Below are positions 52,441 to 64,000 of a stretch of DNA of 64,000 nucleotides, piece by piece (within the stretch, counting starts at the first letter, position 1; each line of letters opens with the position of its first letter). The notes beneath the pieces were generated by a model. It worked only from the letters and a program-made list of their open reading frames with translations. It was not told where the DNA came from and searched no databases. A program made the translations under genes and the position numbers. Source of the stretch: Octopus sinensis (lineage: Eukaryota); assembly GCF_006345805.1 (NCBI RefSeq), contig NC_043019.1, positions 1,798,001 to 1,862,000 of the forward strand, in the 5' to 3' direction.

Positions 52441-53633
52441 TATTCTTTCTTATCATGGAACCTGTTTTCTATGATGAGATGTCTGGTTATCTATTCAGAA
52501 ACTACAGCAGCTGCAATACTTAAATATACATATCTTACTTTTCAAATTAAGATTTAAAATCTTATCTTCTCCATTATTTACTGTGTAGGAAATATGACCT
52601 TTGATAAAGTTTATACCAAAGAAAATAATTATGGAGACGTGTCACTAGAAATATTTTTAACTGACAAAATATTTTCATACTTGAAAATCATTACAATAAA
52701 TTAATTATTCAATATTCAGATTAACTCTTACGTTATCTAAATCAACGGTCTGTCAGCTTTCAAACAGAATATGAAAATCATTTCTAAATGGACAGACTAA
52801 ATGGAATCTGAAAATAAATTCCTTGATATGCATATCTCCTTAAATTGGAAACAAAATCGATTAAACCTAAGTGGCAGTGCTTAGGTATAAATATATTTCA
52901 TTACAGACTTTAATACTTTATCTGTTTTAACGTCTACTCTAAGTTGGCGTTATAATTAGAGTCGATGAAGATGTATTGCATAGAATATGAAATTTGAATA
53001 AAACCAATGTATAATATAACAGTTCGGAGTGTTTCTGACAGAAATATCAGATTTATATAAATCTCATGTATTTAACAAGAAGCTTAGTGTCTTCTTATAT
53101 CTTCACTCCATAATAACCTTATAAATATAAACATTTATAGAATATCTTTTAACTTTATAAATTTAAATTATCCAGTTATCATAATTCACACACGACATAA
53201 CTCGGAGGTCATTGATACCGTGGCATAAACAATAGCGGAAAGAATACAATGTATAATATCTAATACCACTGCCACGTACAAATAACACTGCTTACTTACA
53301 AACTTGATATAATTCAGCACTGAAATGTAAATCCCTCTTTCTTTATATAACCGACATATAAGACGAATACATATACTCAGCTCTGATTAAGCTTATTTAA
53401 GCGTTGTCTTCATTACTTCATCGTCTCATCGTCCTGTTTACAAAGTCGCATTAATACTTGACTATTTGCTGTATTCGTCTTCGTTATTGTAACATACAGG
53501 CATGTTTCATTTTTCCTTATGTTCATTACGAACATCAAGCTGCAAAATCTCCGGCTGAACACATACATCCATTAACGTTAAGGATCTGGGAGGACTTGTA
53601 AGGAGAGCGCTCTTCTTTCTAAGTAATAATAAT

Positions 53634-53673
<40 letters not shown>

Positions 53674-53895
53674 TAATAATAATAATATAATATAATAATA
53701 ATAATAATCCATTCTACTATAGGCACAAGGCCTAATTTTTTTTGTGGGGGAAGTCGATTAAATCGACCCCAGTACACAAGTTGTACTTAATTCATCGACC
53801 CCCGAAATGATGAGAGGCAAAGTCGACCTCGGTGGAATTAGATCTCAAAACGGAGCAACGGAGGAAAGGTATTCATAGAGGTTTGGATAATTAGC

Positions 53896-54732
53896 CTTTG
53901 GAAACATGAGTTGTTCGTTCAACATCCTTAAACAATCTTTATTCAGGGACCTCTTGAGCGGGATGGGTTACTCGACCAGAATAAGATTCTAACTGGGTCC
54001 CACCTGCATGGTTATGTGCTGTTTATCTTCATATGAGATCACCATGTCGCGAACATATGGTTGTGATGCATGTGCCTAGTGTAACTTTATCAGACGGGTA
54101 GTCATGATGGGTATATTGGGCTTCGTATATTTTACCCCAGTGTCACTTTGATGGCATGAACTGCTCTCTAACTCAATAATAATAATAATAATAATTATTA
54201 TTAATATATAATAATAATAATAATAATAAAAATAATAATAGTAATAATAAACATTGTTTTGTCTTGGTATAAAAGATGGGCTACAGCAAATATTCTGCTC
54301 AATACGATAGATTTGCTTGTCAGTTGCTTGACCATAACCAGTTGAACATGTCCTTTGGTGGCTGGCGATATGTGATCTCTGATCACGAGCAGAAGTAGTG
54401 GGGAGCATCCATAGCATGTGTTGAGAGGGATACTTGGGGTTGAATAATTCACCTCTGGAAACATGGGTGTTTCGTTCAACATCCTTAAACAACCCTTATT
54501 CAGGGACCTTTTGAGGAGGATGGGTTACGCGACCAGAAGAAAATTCTAACTGGGCCCCACCTGCAAGTTCATGTGCTGTTTATCTTGATATGAGATCACC
54601 ATGTCGCGCACATATGGTTGTGATGCATGTGCCTGGTGTACCTTTATCAGCCGGGTTGTCATGGTGGGTATATTGGGCTTGCTATATTTTACCCCAATGA
54701 CACTTTGATGATATGCACTGCTCTCCCACACA
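53896..54732 (+). mobile_element. Two truncated copies of a retroposon with (AAT)n tails
   Basis: 53896-54175 and 54453-54732 are homologous (ggaaacatg..gttcaacatccttaaacaa..ttttacccca..); each is followed by (AAT)n. Confidence 0.7.
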
Positions 54733-55149
54733 ATAATAATAATAAGAAGAAGAAGAAGAAGAATAATAAGAATAATAATAATTAATAATAATATAATATA
54801 ATAATAATCCGGTAGGATTACTTGCCAGGACCAATGCAATTCCCATATGTACCGATCGAGCGACGCACCATAAATGTCTGACTTGGGTTTGTCACATTTA
54901 TCTTTTGCTGGATGAGATATCACATCTGCAAACAGCATGGGTAATGATGATAGCAGTAGTTCGTAAATTGAACTGCGTGATATTGGCCGTTAACTGTTTG
55001 CTATCTGTTCATCCGTTCAATGGTATTCGGTATTGGTTGTATATGATTCATTTGCAGAAATAGTTAACATTCACCATGTTGCATCCTTTTATGTCAGCAT
55101 ACTCTGGCTCGCGTGGTCACTTTTTAATTAACACATGCCAAGGACTCTT

Positions 55150-55290
55150 AAAGGTGATACCATTCTGGGTCAGAGTTGACCAGGGGAAAATACTGGCTAA
55201 AGGTTGATTCCACGCTCCTCAAAACTCTGAAATTCACGAATGAGGGCTCCATTACCGGATGTAGTTTAAAGTCATACCCAGGACAAGGAT
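55150..55290 (-). mobile_element. SINE fragment, possibly with a Deu/Nin-type central domain
   Basis: Minus strand tgtcctgggtatgactttaaactacatcc..ggtcaactctgacccagaatggta; assignment from recall only. Confidence 0.4.
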
Positions 55291-55346
55291 AAATAATAAA
55301 ATATAAGAAAACATGTTCATTTCTAAGAAACAAACAAAAGCTGTTC

Positions 55347-55565
55347 GATTCACTTCAACATTTAAGTTTAATTTGTCAAAATATTTTCGTCGCTTTAAGA
55401 CCGCGACCTGACGAAAATATTTTGACAAATTAAACTTAAATGTTGAAGTGAATCTAACGGTTTTTGTGTGTTTCTTAAATGGCTTACAAACACCTTCTAC
55501 GCTGCAAATGTTTTCGTTTCAGCACACGATCTCAGATCAAATCACTTGCTATGCAAGTACATCTC
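55347..55565. repeat. PLE-type hairpin fragment (family of 37204-37472)
   Basis: gattcacttcaacatttaagtttaatttgtcaaaatattttcgtc is mirrored around a 16-20 nt spacer. Confidence 0.75.
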
Positions 55566-56099
55566 CGTAATATTCATTTCTAATGCATATAAATGGTGAA
55601 TAGAAGGGTCAGGGGAAGATGGAATAAGATTCATTTTTCATAATGAGTAATGGTCTTTTACATTCTGAGTTCGCAACTCATCGGAAGTTTCTGATTTCCT
55701 CATTTTCTGCTCGGCCAATGAAATAAAGACAACTCCAGTCAAGAGGTTATGCCCGTACAATCGAGGTTGTTGGTAAATATCAAGAACCCGTGGAATAATT
55801 CACGAATATGATATAGAAGCGACCAGCCATGTACCCAGTTACATACAAGATGATTATAGAAAGTATCAGAGTAAAAGCTATGAATTTATAATTGAAATCA
55901 TTACTCCCTATGGTTAGATAAACAATAGATTAGGTTGTTGGATAAATAGCTAAACAACTGACGAACAATTTAAAAGAATTGATTTTGAATCAGCGACCGA
56001 GATTATTATCTGTTTCAACACAAAATTTCACATTAACAAACTTGCTATCTAAATACGCCCCCTCATATATACATACATATATATATATATGTATGTATG

Positions 56100-56139
<40 letters not shown>

Positions 56140-56212
56140 GGAGTAAACACATAAATGTGAAACAAGGTGGAAAAAGAGTACTCAAATACCAGTGGTAGAG
56201 TAATATGCTTGA

Positions 56213-56365
56213 TTTAAAGCAGCAGACGATTCAACAAAACCTGTTACTCTGAGTTTCACGTTGCCGTTCGTCGGTCGGACAAGCAAAAACTGTCCGACGA
56301 ACGGCAACGCGAAACTCAGAAACTCAGAGTAACAGGTTTTGTTGAATTTTCTGCTGCTTTAAATA
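56213..56365. repeat. Hairpin carrying HHR motifs on both strands
   Basis: Plus 56290-56335 CTGT-CCGACGA-ACG-GCAA-CGC-GAAA-..CTCAGAG-TA-ACAG; minus 56240-56281. Confidence 0.75.
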
Positions 56366-56376
56366 AAGTATATATA

Positions 56377-56461
<85 letters not shown>

Positions 56462-56667
56462 GTATATATGTATATATATAATATATATATATGGATGCGC
56501 GATGGCCCAGTGGGGTGGCGTCATTTGAAGGCTAAAACAATTTGAAGCGCATTGTGACCAGGGATGTGTAGTAACATCTGATAGCCTGGTCGGTCACGGT
56601 GATCACGGTGATATATATATATATATAAGAGTGTGCGCGCTGCGTGTGTGTGTGTCTGTGTGCGTGT

Positions 56668-57500
56668 GTACACACAGGGATCGGACAAAATAATGGAAAC
56701 ACCTTAAAATTTCAAACGAATTTATTTTACTATGGGGTAAGACCGACTTTGGCAGTAATTTCAGCTTGAATTCTACGAGGTATGGACTCAAACAAAGTTT
56801 GAATTGTTTCCAAAGGAATTTTGACCTTTCTTCTGCTAAAATAGTCTCCAGTTCTTGTAGTGATGATGGTGGAAGATATTAACTCCTTACTTGTTTTTTT
56901 AAAATGCGCCATAAATGTTCAATAATATTGAGATCTGGGGACTGTGGTGGCCAGATAAGATGTTCAACTTCACTAGAATATCCCTCGTGCCATTCAGTAA
57001 CAACTTTAGCTGTGTGAATTGGTGCATTATCATCCTGAAAGATGGCGTTTCCCTCCGGAAACAGTTCAATTTGATCAATAAATTTATCTGATCAATTTGA
57101 TCGGATAAAATGCTTAAATAGTCTTCACTATTAATTCTGCCATGAAGAGAAACCATTGGGCCGGCAGATTTCCAAAATGTAGTTCCCAGATCATCACAGA
57201 TCCCCCTCCATGTTTAACAGTTTTAAGAATGCAGTTTGGGTCAAGTGCTTCTTTTGGCTGGCTCCATACGTATACTCTGTCGGTGGTGGAAAAAAAGGTA
57301 AACGATGACTCGTCCGAGAAAATAACATTCTTCTACTGCATTAGGGACCAGGTCTGTAGCTGGTTTCACTCTATTCTAAACGCTTTGTAAGTTTTGGTTT
57401 TGAAAGTAGTGGTTTTCGGATTGTAGCCCTCTCGTGAAATCCCGCTTTGTGCAGCTCATAGCGAACAGTTTTTGAGGAAACTGGGTTCTCGAGGTGGTCC
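56668..57500 (-). pseudogene. Decayed Tc1-like transposase with right TIR
   Basis: [53 protein letters not shown]; TIR cagggatcggacaaaataatggaaacacc. Confidence 0.85.
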
Positions 57501-57699
57501 GGTAGATCTATCATTTTAATGAACTTTAATTACCTTTTTTTGATGATATATGAAAACAAATAGCAATTTCAGCAAAATGTATTAAGCAACACTAATAATA
57601 AATAATAAGAACATAAAAATAAACAAGCTTTTGACGGTTTTATAGATATTTCGAGATTATGATGTTATGATGCTAGGTGTTACATTATTTTATCCAACC

Positions 57700-57713
57700 C
57701 CTATATATATGTG

Positions 57714-57744
<31 letters not shown>

Positions 57745-57787
57745 GTGTATGTATGTATGTATGTATGTATGTATGTATGTACATATA

Positions 57788-57885
<98 letters not shown>

Positions 57886-58090
57886 ATATACATATTTATA
57901 TATTTATATATATAAAGAGAATGAGAGAGAGGGAGAGACGGACAGACAGACATGTACATAGATAGCTAGGTAGATATAGATAAAGATATATACATACATA
58001 TATATATGTATATATTTGTATGTAAGTATGTATGTATGTATGTATGTATGTATGTATGAATGTATGTACTTTTGTATGTATATATTGAGT
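57700..58090. repeat. Compound (TA)n/(TATG)n microsatellite
   Basis: Direct inspection. Confidence 0.9.
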
Positions 58091-58296
58091 TTAAAGGTCG
58101 CTAGAGTTTTGGAAAAATCTTTTAATTTATTCATTATTATTAGCCTTTCGTTCGTTTCTCGAACTTGTCAAATAGAAATTCTTGAATGTACCAGCGGTTT
58201 ATTCATTTCTATATGTTGGTTTGTGGAGAAGGATCAGAAGGGGTGAACATTGATTTTGTTTTGGTTGGGGTTGTTTTTCCATAGTAGTGGATATAT

Positions 58297-58348
<52 letters not shown>

Positions 58349-58599
58349 GTAGGTAGGTAGAGAGAAGGGGAGGGAAGGAAGGGAGTGTCTCTTCCTAGTT
58401 ACCATTCATTTATTCATTTAGCATTTATTATTGTATTGAAATGGATTTAAAGATGGTGACCTCTTCAAGAAAAAAAAACAACTGTATGAGTTTTTGAATA
58501 CTTACTCTCTTTTTCCTCCTACTTACCTTCTTTCTTCCTTTTTCTCCTTTTTGTCCTCTTTCCTTCTTTTCCCCCTCCTTTTTCTTCTCTTTGACTTAT

Positions 58600-59150
58600 G
58601 TTTATAATACAAAATGTACCGTCTCGGCTTTTCTTTCAAACATTTAATTTTGGAGAGAATTTTTGCGGGAAATGTAGTTTCATTGTTTTCCGGTTTTCCA
58701 GATCGCCCCGTGCACATTTTTAAAAGGGACAAATTTTGAATCTTCCGTCGCTGCGTATTTCTAGATGCTTAATTAATGGAACCTTGCGCAATTCCTCTTG
58801 TCGGATATGTTGCCTGTGGTTTCTTGCCCGTTGGCAGAGGGAATTATTTGTTTCGTCAATGTAATTTTCTTTGCAGTTTGGACAGGTAATGCAGTACATA
58901 AGGTTTTGCGTTTTGCAGTTCATATCTAGATTTATTTTGAAAAGGGATCCATTCTCGAATTTTATGTGGGAACCACTTTGTAAGTATTTATAGTTGTTGT
59001 TGCTGCATGTTCCATATCTGTCTCCACATTCTTTTAATAAGAATTCTGATTCATCCTCCGAATTTAAATTCTGCTCATGTGAGGTGTTATTTAAGATTTT
59101 TGATTGACGTCAAATATTCCGTAAGGTGTTTTTTCAATCAGATTTTTCAT
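58600..59150 (-). pseudogene. Penelope-like GIY-YIG endonuclease remnant
   Basis: MNCKTQNLMYCITCPNCKENYIDETNNSLCQRARNHRQHI..VPLIKHL..FKICPF (the YCITC and YIdET motifs correspond to GIY-YIG). Confidence 0.85.
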
Positions 59151-59577
59151 TTTAGGATTAATTAATGAGGGAATTAAGAAGGCGATGAAACTGAGCATCA
59201 CCCAAGTACGGACACCTAAGGAAAAAGTAAATGAAGACACGATTCCGTTCGTTAACACACACAGTCAGGGAATAACCAACGTCTTTTACGCCATAAAATC
59301 GAACTTACTATACTCTCACAAAGACCCAAAATGAAAAATCTGATTGTAAACAAAAATACCCTACGGAATAGTAGACGCCAATCAAAAATCTTAAAAAACA
59401 CTTCACAAGAACAGAATTGAATTCGGAGGATAGATCAGGATTCTTATTAAAAGAATGTGAAGATAGGAGCAACAATAACTTTAAATACTTACAGAGTGGT
59501 TCCCTATTCAAAATAAATGTAGATATGAACTGCAAAACGCAAAGCCTTAGGTACTGCATTACCTGCCCAAGTTCAAC
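59150..59577 (+). pseudogene. Inverted second copy of the PLE linker/GIY-YIG start
   Basis: IPFVNTH..; LLKECEDR..KYLQSGSLFKINVDMNCKTQSLRYCITCP is homologous to the minus copy. Confidence 0.8.
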
Positions 59578-59823
59578 ATCTTGCCTGACGAGCACAGTCC
59601 TCAGATCTCACTATTATTGAAAATTTATGGTACATATTAATATATTTCATCACTACAAGAACTGAAGAATGGGCAAAATTTCTTTGGAAACAATTCAACC
59701 TTTGTATGAATCCATAAGTCGTAGAATTCAAGCTGAAATTACTGCCAAAGTCGGTCCTACCCCATATGAAAATAAATTTGTTTGAAATTTTAAGGAGCTT
59801 CCATTATTTTCTCCAACCTGTCT
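59578..59823 (+). mobile_element. 3' end of the same Tc1 family with TIR
   Basis: cagtcctcagatctcactattattgaaaatttatgg (SPDLTIIENLW) and tagaattcaagctgaaattactgccaaagtcgg..ttccattattttctccaacctg. Confidence 0.8.
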
Positions 59824-59859
59824 ATGTATGTATATATATAAATGTATGTATGTATGTTT

Positions 59860-60610
59860 ATATTGGACCATGCGATTTTTTATACTTTTACTTTTCAAAA
59901 TTAAGATATACAGACTACTTTTCAAATTTAAAATATACTCTCCTTCATTTTCTACACTGCTCTTCCATCTATCTGGTAAATTTGCAAGGGCTCTCTTCCA
60001 GGATTCACTTGTCCATGATGAAAACTACTCTTCCAGTACTGTTCTGACCTCGTCTAGAGAATTCATATTGTTTCCGTTCAAATGATTTTGAAGACTGCGG
60101 AATAAATGATAATCAAGTGGGGCAATGCCCGGTGAATATGCTGGCTGGGGCATCGTTTCCCATTGAAACAGTCCAGTCTTTGGAATGTCATCCTCGCTAT
60201 ATGTGGCCGAGCATAATCCTGATGGAAAACACCTTTCGTCTTGAAACCAAAGATGGTAGTTTCCCGATGGCACGCAGGTTGAATGAACAAATGCAATCTT
60301 CTCTGCTACTTCCTCAACAGTTGCGATGTTCCACCAAGGTTCCAAGCACGTCCTTGACGAGCTCTACAGATCTTCCTGGAGGAGGCTCGTCTTCTAGGTT
60401 GTAGTTTCCGGATCAGAATTTCTGAAACTACCATTGACACTGGCTTACGCTTCTTGTCCCATCCCCATATATTGCATAAATATTCCTTGCCCTTCTTGCC
60501 TTTATTGAACTCATTAAGTAAAACACACCGAATATGCCCCTCCATTATTACAGCCATTATAACTTTTAAAATGATAACTGTTAAAACCGAACTGCATACT
60601 TCAAAAGTTG
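59860..60610 (-). pseudogene. Internally deleted mariner transposase
   Basis: N-terminus HIRCVLLNEFNKG; catalytic FHQDYARPH and YSPGIAPLDYHLFRSLQNHL; C-terminus LPDRWK..EGEYI. Confidence 0.85.
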
Positions 60611-60816
60611 CACTAAGAATAAGAACAAAGTAAAATTACTAACTGCTTTTATAGCAAGTTGATGCCGGTAGTTTATCCCGTCCCCCTCCGACTTTTAGTT
60701 CATGCAAGTGAAACAAACCACATTACTTATGGGATGAGTGTAACAACATGTGTTTTGTTGGCGATTTTTGTCCTCCGTCTTACTTTTCTCTTGGACTTTC
60801 CTCCTCTCTATCGCTT

Positions 60817-60850
60817 TTTTCTGAAAAAGAGTTTTACTCGAAACGTAAAA
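60817..60850 (+). ncRNA. Minimal hammerhead motif, degenerate (G8 to A)
   Basis: TTTT-CTGAAAA-A-GAGT-TTT-ACTC-GAAA-CG-TA-AAA. Confidence 0.45.
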
Positions 60851-60955
60851 CACCCTTTCTCTCCTTCCCTGAGCATATTTGTATGTATCACGTCCACGCG
60901 TTGTTGCTTTTTCTTGCGTTTTTAGTATTAATTATATATATATTATATATATATA

Positions 60956-61006
<51 letters not shown>

Positions 61007-61009
61007 AAT

Positions 61010-62900
61010 ATTAGGGAATAAATCCAAATTTACAGGGAAAATCCGATTTAGGATTGAATCCAATTTTATAGTAAAATATTATATAATATTAATTAGAGAC
61101 AAAACCACTATTTTGCAAATCAAACAAAGAAAGACTTAATCCAATACATAAAAAAATTCAATATAAATTAAATAAAATTATATTCACCACTACAATTGTT
61201 TCATGTCTCTTCTCAGGACATTCACAGGTGGATTTCAGATCTAAAAATAATCAATATTTTAAGATATAAATTTAAAATGACTAAAACTATAAAAATATAA
61301 TTTATCAATGAAAATATAAAGATATATATATATATAATCTATATATAATCTATATATAATCTATATATAATCAAGAACTAAATTAACCTCTATAAACAAT
61401 TGAATATAAAGAAACCTAGTATTTAAGTTCTCATATTTAAAGATGAATAATCTAATTTCAAAAAAACAAAAATAAAATAAAATGTATAAACACACATGCT
61501 CATACACATATATCGAAAGTATATATATAACATATCTAAATACGTACACTAACTCACACACCCGTATATATATCTCTATACATACACATAAACATCTAGG
61601 CAATGATAAATTAATAAAGGCCGATACTTAAAAACACATTACTTATTCGTACTCCCACACACACACATACAACCCTCATTCATAAACACACTCACTCTGC
61701 ATGACAACCACACATCCAGCATCCGCAAATACTCAACCACAACACATAAACATTTCATTCTTAGCAATAAACTACCAAATACCGTATACCACATATATAC
61801 AACACATACATAAATACTTAAAACAAACACCACCACACACATATTCCAAATACCACATGCATACAACAAACATACACAAATACGCAAACAAACACACACA
61901 CCACACACATTCACACATACATAAACACTCAAAAGAAAACAACTTTTCTACACATAAACAATGCACACCCACACACACAATCACTCACCACAACACCACT
62001 CCCACCGCCATACAACACAGCGGAGTAACAAATTCAGCAGATACATACATTCAGCCACACACTACATTAACATTCTACTCGGCAATATACCATAAAAACC
62101 CCATCACCATTCTAAAACAAAATTATGAATATGAATAATAACTTATATAGAATTATTCTAGTATTAAACGTAACCTAAACCAATTAAAAACGAATCTATC
62201 TATTTATCAAAGCATGTCTAAATTATTTAATAACTAATAACAAAGAAAAGTACGATAAATAGATCAATACATAAACAACAAGTTTAACATAAGGAGAATA
62301 TATTATACAAAAACTTATACATATACAATTAAAATTAAGATAGGAGATCTAAAATAATACATACCTTCTATTCTATTTTAAGTTATGAAGTGAATTTAAA
62401 AGTCTAACTGTTATAGCGTTTACAAAATTACGTTATCATAGAAATAGAATATATTTTTTTAATAAAACCTTTGCACGTGATGAACGAGCGTTATTTAAAT
62501 ATTATGAATGGATAGAATGGAATATGTAAATCAATGTAAATAGACTAAATTTACTAAAAAATTCATTAATAAAACAATCATGATAAACGAAAACCATACA
62601 TACAAATATAATGATAAAACCTCCCTTACCAAATACACATTAATAAACCTATATAGCAATCCCCCTAACAAATACATTCACACACAAATACACACACATA
62701 TATTTACACACACCCACAAACATATACATATACCCACTCACACATACAAATACATACGTACAATACTCGATAAATACACCAATATATTCACACCCACACC
62801 CATACAGATAAACTAAATAAATACATATACATCCATAAATATATATATATATATATTATAGAATATATATACATATATATATATATATTTATATATATAC

Positions 62901-62941
<41 letters not shown>

Positions 62942-63475
62942 CATACCTAATATATATATATATAATTACACTCACACATATCATCAAATACACATATATA
63001 TAAAAATACGCACATTCACAAAAATAAATAAATAAATAATTTATTATATGTATATTGAGTGTGTACACGCAAACTGGTGCAATTTCACACACATTCAAAC
63101 ATGCATGTATACAAGTGCATATACAAGCACACGCATTTACATAGCACTCATGCAACTCGCATCTACACATGCACTTGTACACGCGCACACATACACACTC
63201 ACCCCTGCACATGCATAATCACGGACACCCTCCTAAACATCTATATATACTAATATTTGGCTACACACAATACCCAAAATAAAACTACTATGATAAACAC
63301 CAATATAATACATGGGGACTGAATTTACTGAGAAGAGACATGAAACAATTGTAGTGGCGAATATAATTTTATTTAATTTATATTAAATTTTTTTTATGTA
63401 TTGGATTAAGTCTTTCTTTGTTTGAATTGCAAAATAGTGGTTTTGTCTCTAATTAATATTATATAATTATATAAT
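61010..63475. repeat. About 140-bp PLE-type inverted arms enclosing about 2.1 kb of A/C-skewed low-complexity DNA
   Basis: Arms at about 61075-61216 and 63328-63470 are reverse complements; family of 26875-27298; decayed HHR on minus at about 61186-61232. Confidence 0.75.
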
Positions 63476-63543
63476 AATATATATATATATAGTGAATTGA
63501 GAAGAAATGGAGTTGAACGAAGATTGAACAGAAATCGTTTTAT

Positions 63544-63630
63544 TGCATTCTACACGTGTTTCGAAAGCCACAATTTACAAATTCCGATTGAATAAGGAGA
63601 CCATATTGTGTCTTTCTCTTCAGGAAGAAA
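63544..63630 (-). ncRNA. Type I hammerhead with canonical core
   Basis: Minus strand TTCTTC-CTGAAGA-GAAAG-A-CACAAT..ATTGTG-G-CTTTC-GAAA-CACGTG-TA-GAATGC; stem I is only 3 bp before a mismatch. Confidence 0.72.
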
Positions 63631-64000
63631 TAGGAATTCCGTTGGCAAAGACAAAAACAGAACAGAGGCGCAGCAAAACAAATCGAACGAGGCTCCTAAG
63701 AGCCCATGGCCAAGGTATCGGTTAAACTTTTGATTAATCTGCAACAAGATTATTCATCTTTCTATTTCACCATATATATATATATATATATTTATCACTC
63801 ACTAGCCGAACTTTTAATTTGATACATCTCTTCTAAACTCGTTGAATACAGAAGAGAAATGTGAAACGTACTTCGTTATGTGTCGCGTTATCCTCCGCAT
63901 ATACATATATATATATATATATATATACATGACAGACTTATGCACAAACGCAAGCACATACACACACGCGCACACATACATACACATGCATATATGTATT

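Noticed and set aside
54830-55080. PMLFADV motif suggesting an RT fragment
   Set aside because: Only one partial motif, with no other RT blocks in register.

Overview
AT-rich, microsatellite-dense eukaryotic DNA with no recognisable host protein-coding gene, rRNA or true tRNA. The SINE families and repeat texture suggest a cephalopod, probably Octopus (inference from recall, not a database search). Contents: (i) several tRNA-derived SINE families in many copies; (ii) a 5'-truncated CR1-clade LINE with an open 566-aa RT frame (8118-9818); (iii) a GC-rich, frameshifted RTE/BovB-like LINE (24778-26311, minus); (iv) decayed Tc1 and mariner transposases; (v) non-autonomous Helitrons; (vi) a foldback DNA transposon carrying internal TTAGGG repeats; (vii) many Penelope-like element (PLE) fragments, including GIY-YIG remnants, tandem arrays and hairpins. 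The main discovery is a set of more than ten type I hammerhead ribozyme (HHR) motifs, read by eye in these PLE-type repeats. Two ORF-less tandem arrays (about 540 bp and 493 bp units) carry one HHR per unit with a palindromic stem III, resembling retrozyme or circRNA templates. Two solo HHRs have fully canonical cores (44234-44328, 63544-63630), and several core variants recur (U-U at the base of stem II, C4, C9). All RNA structures are manual pairings and are not tested for activity. Scattered single-base indels suggest an imperfectly polished long-read assembly.
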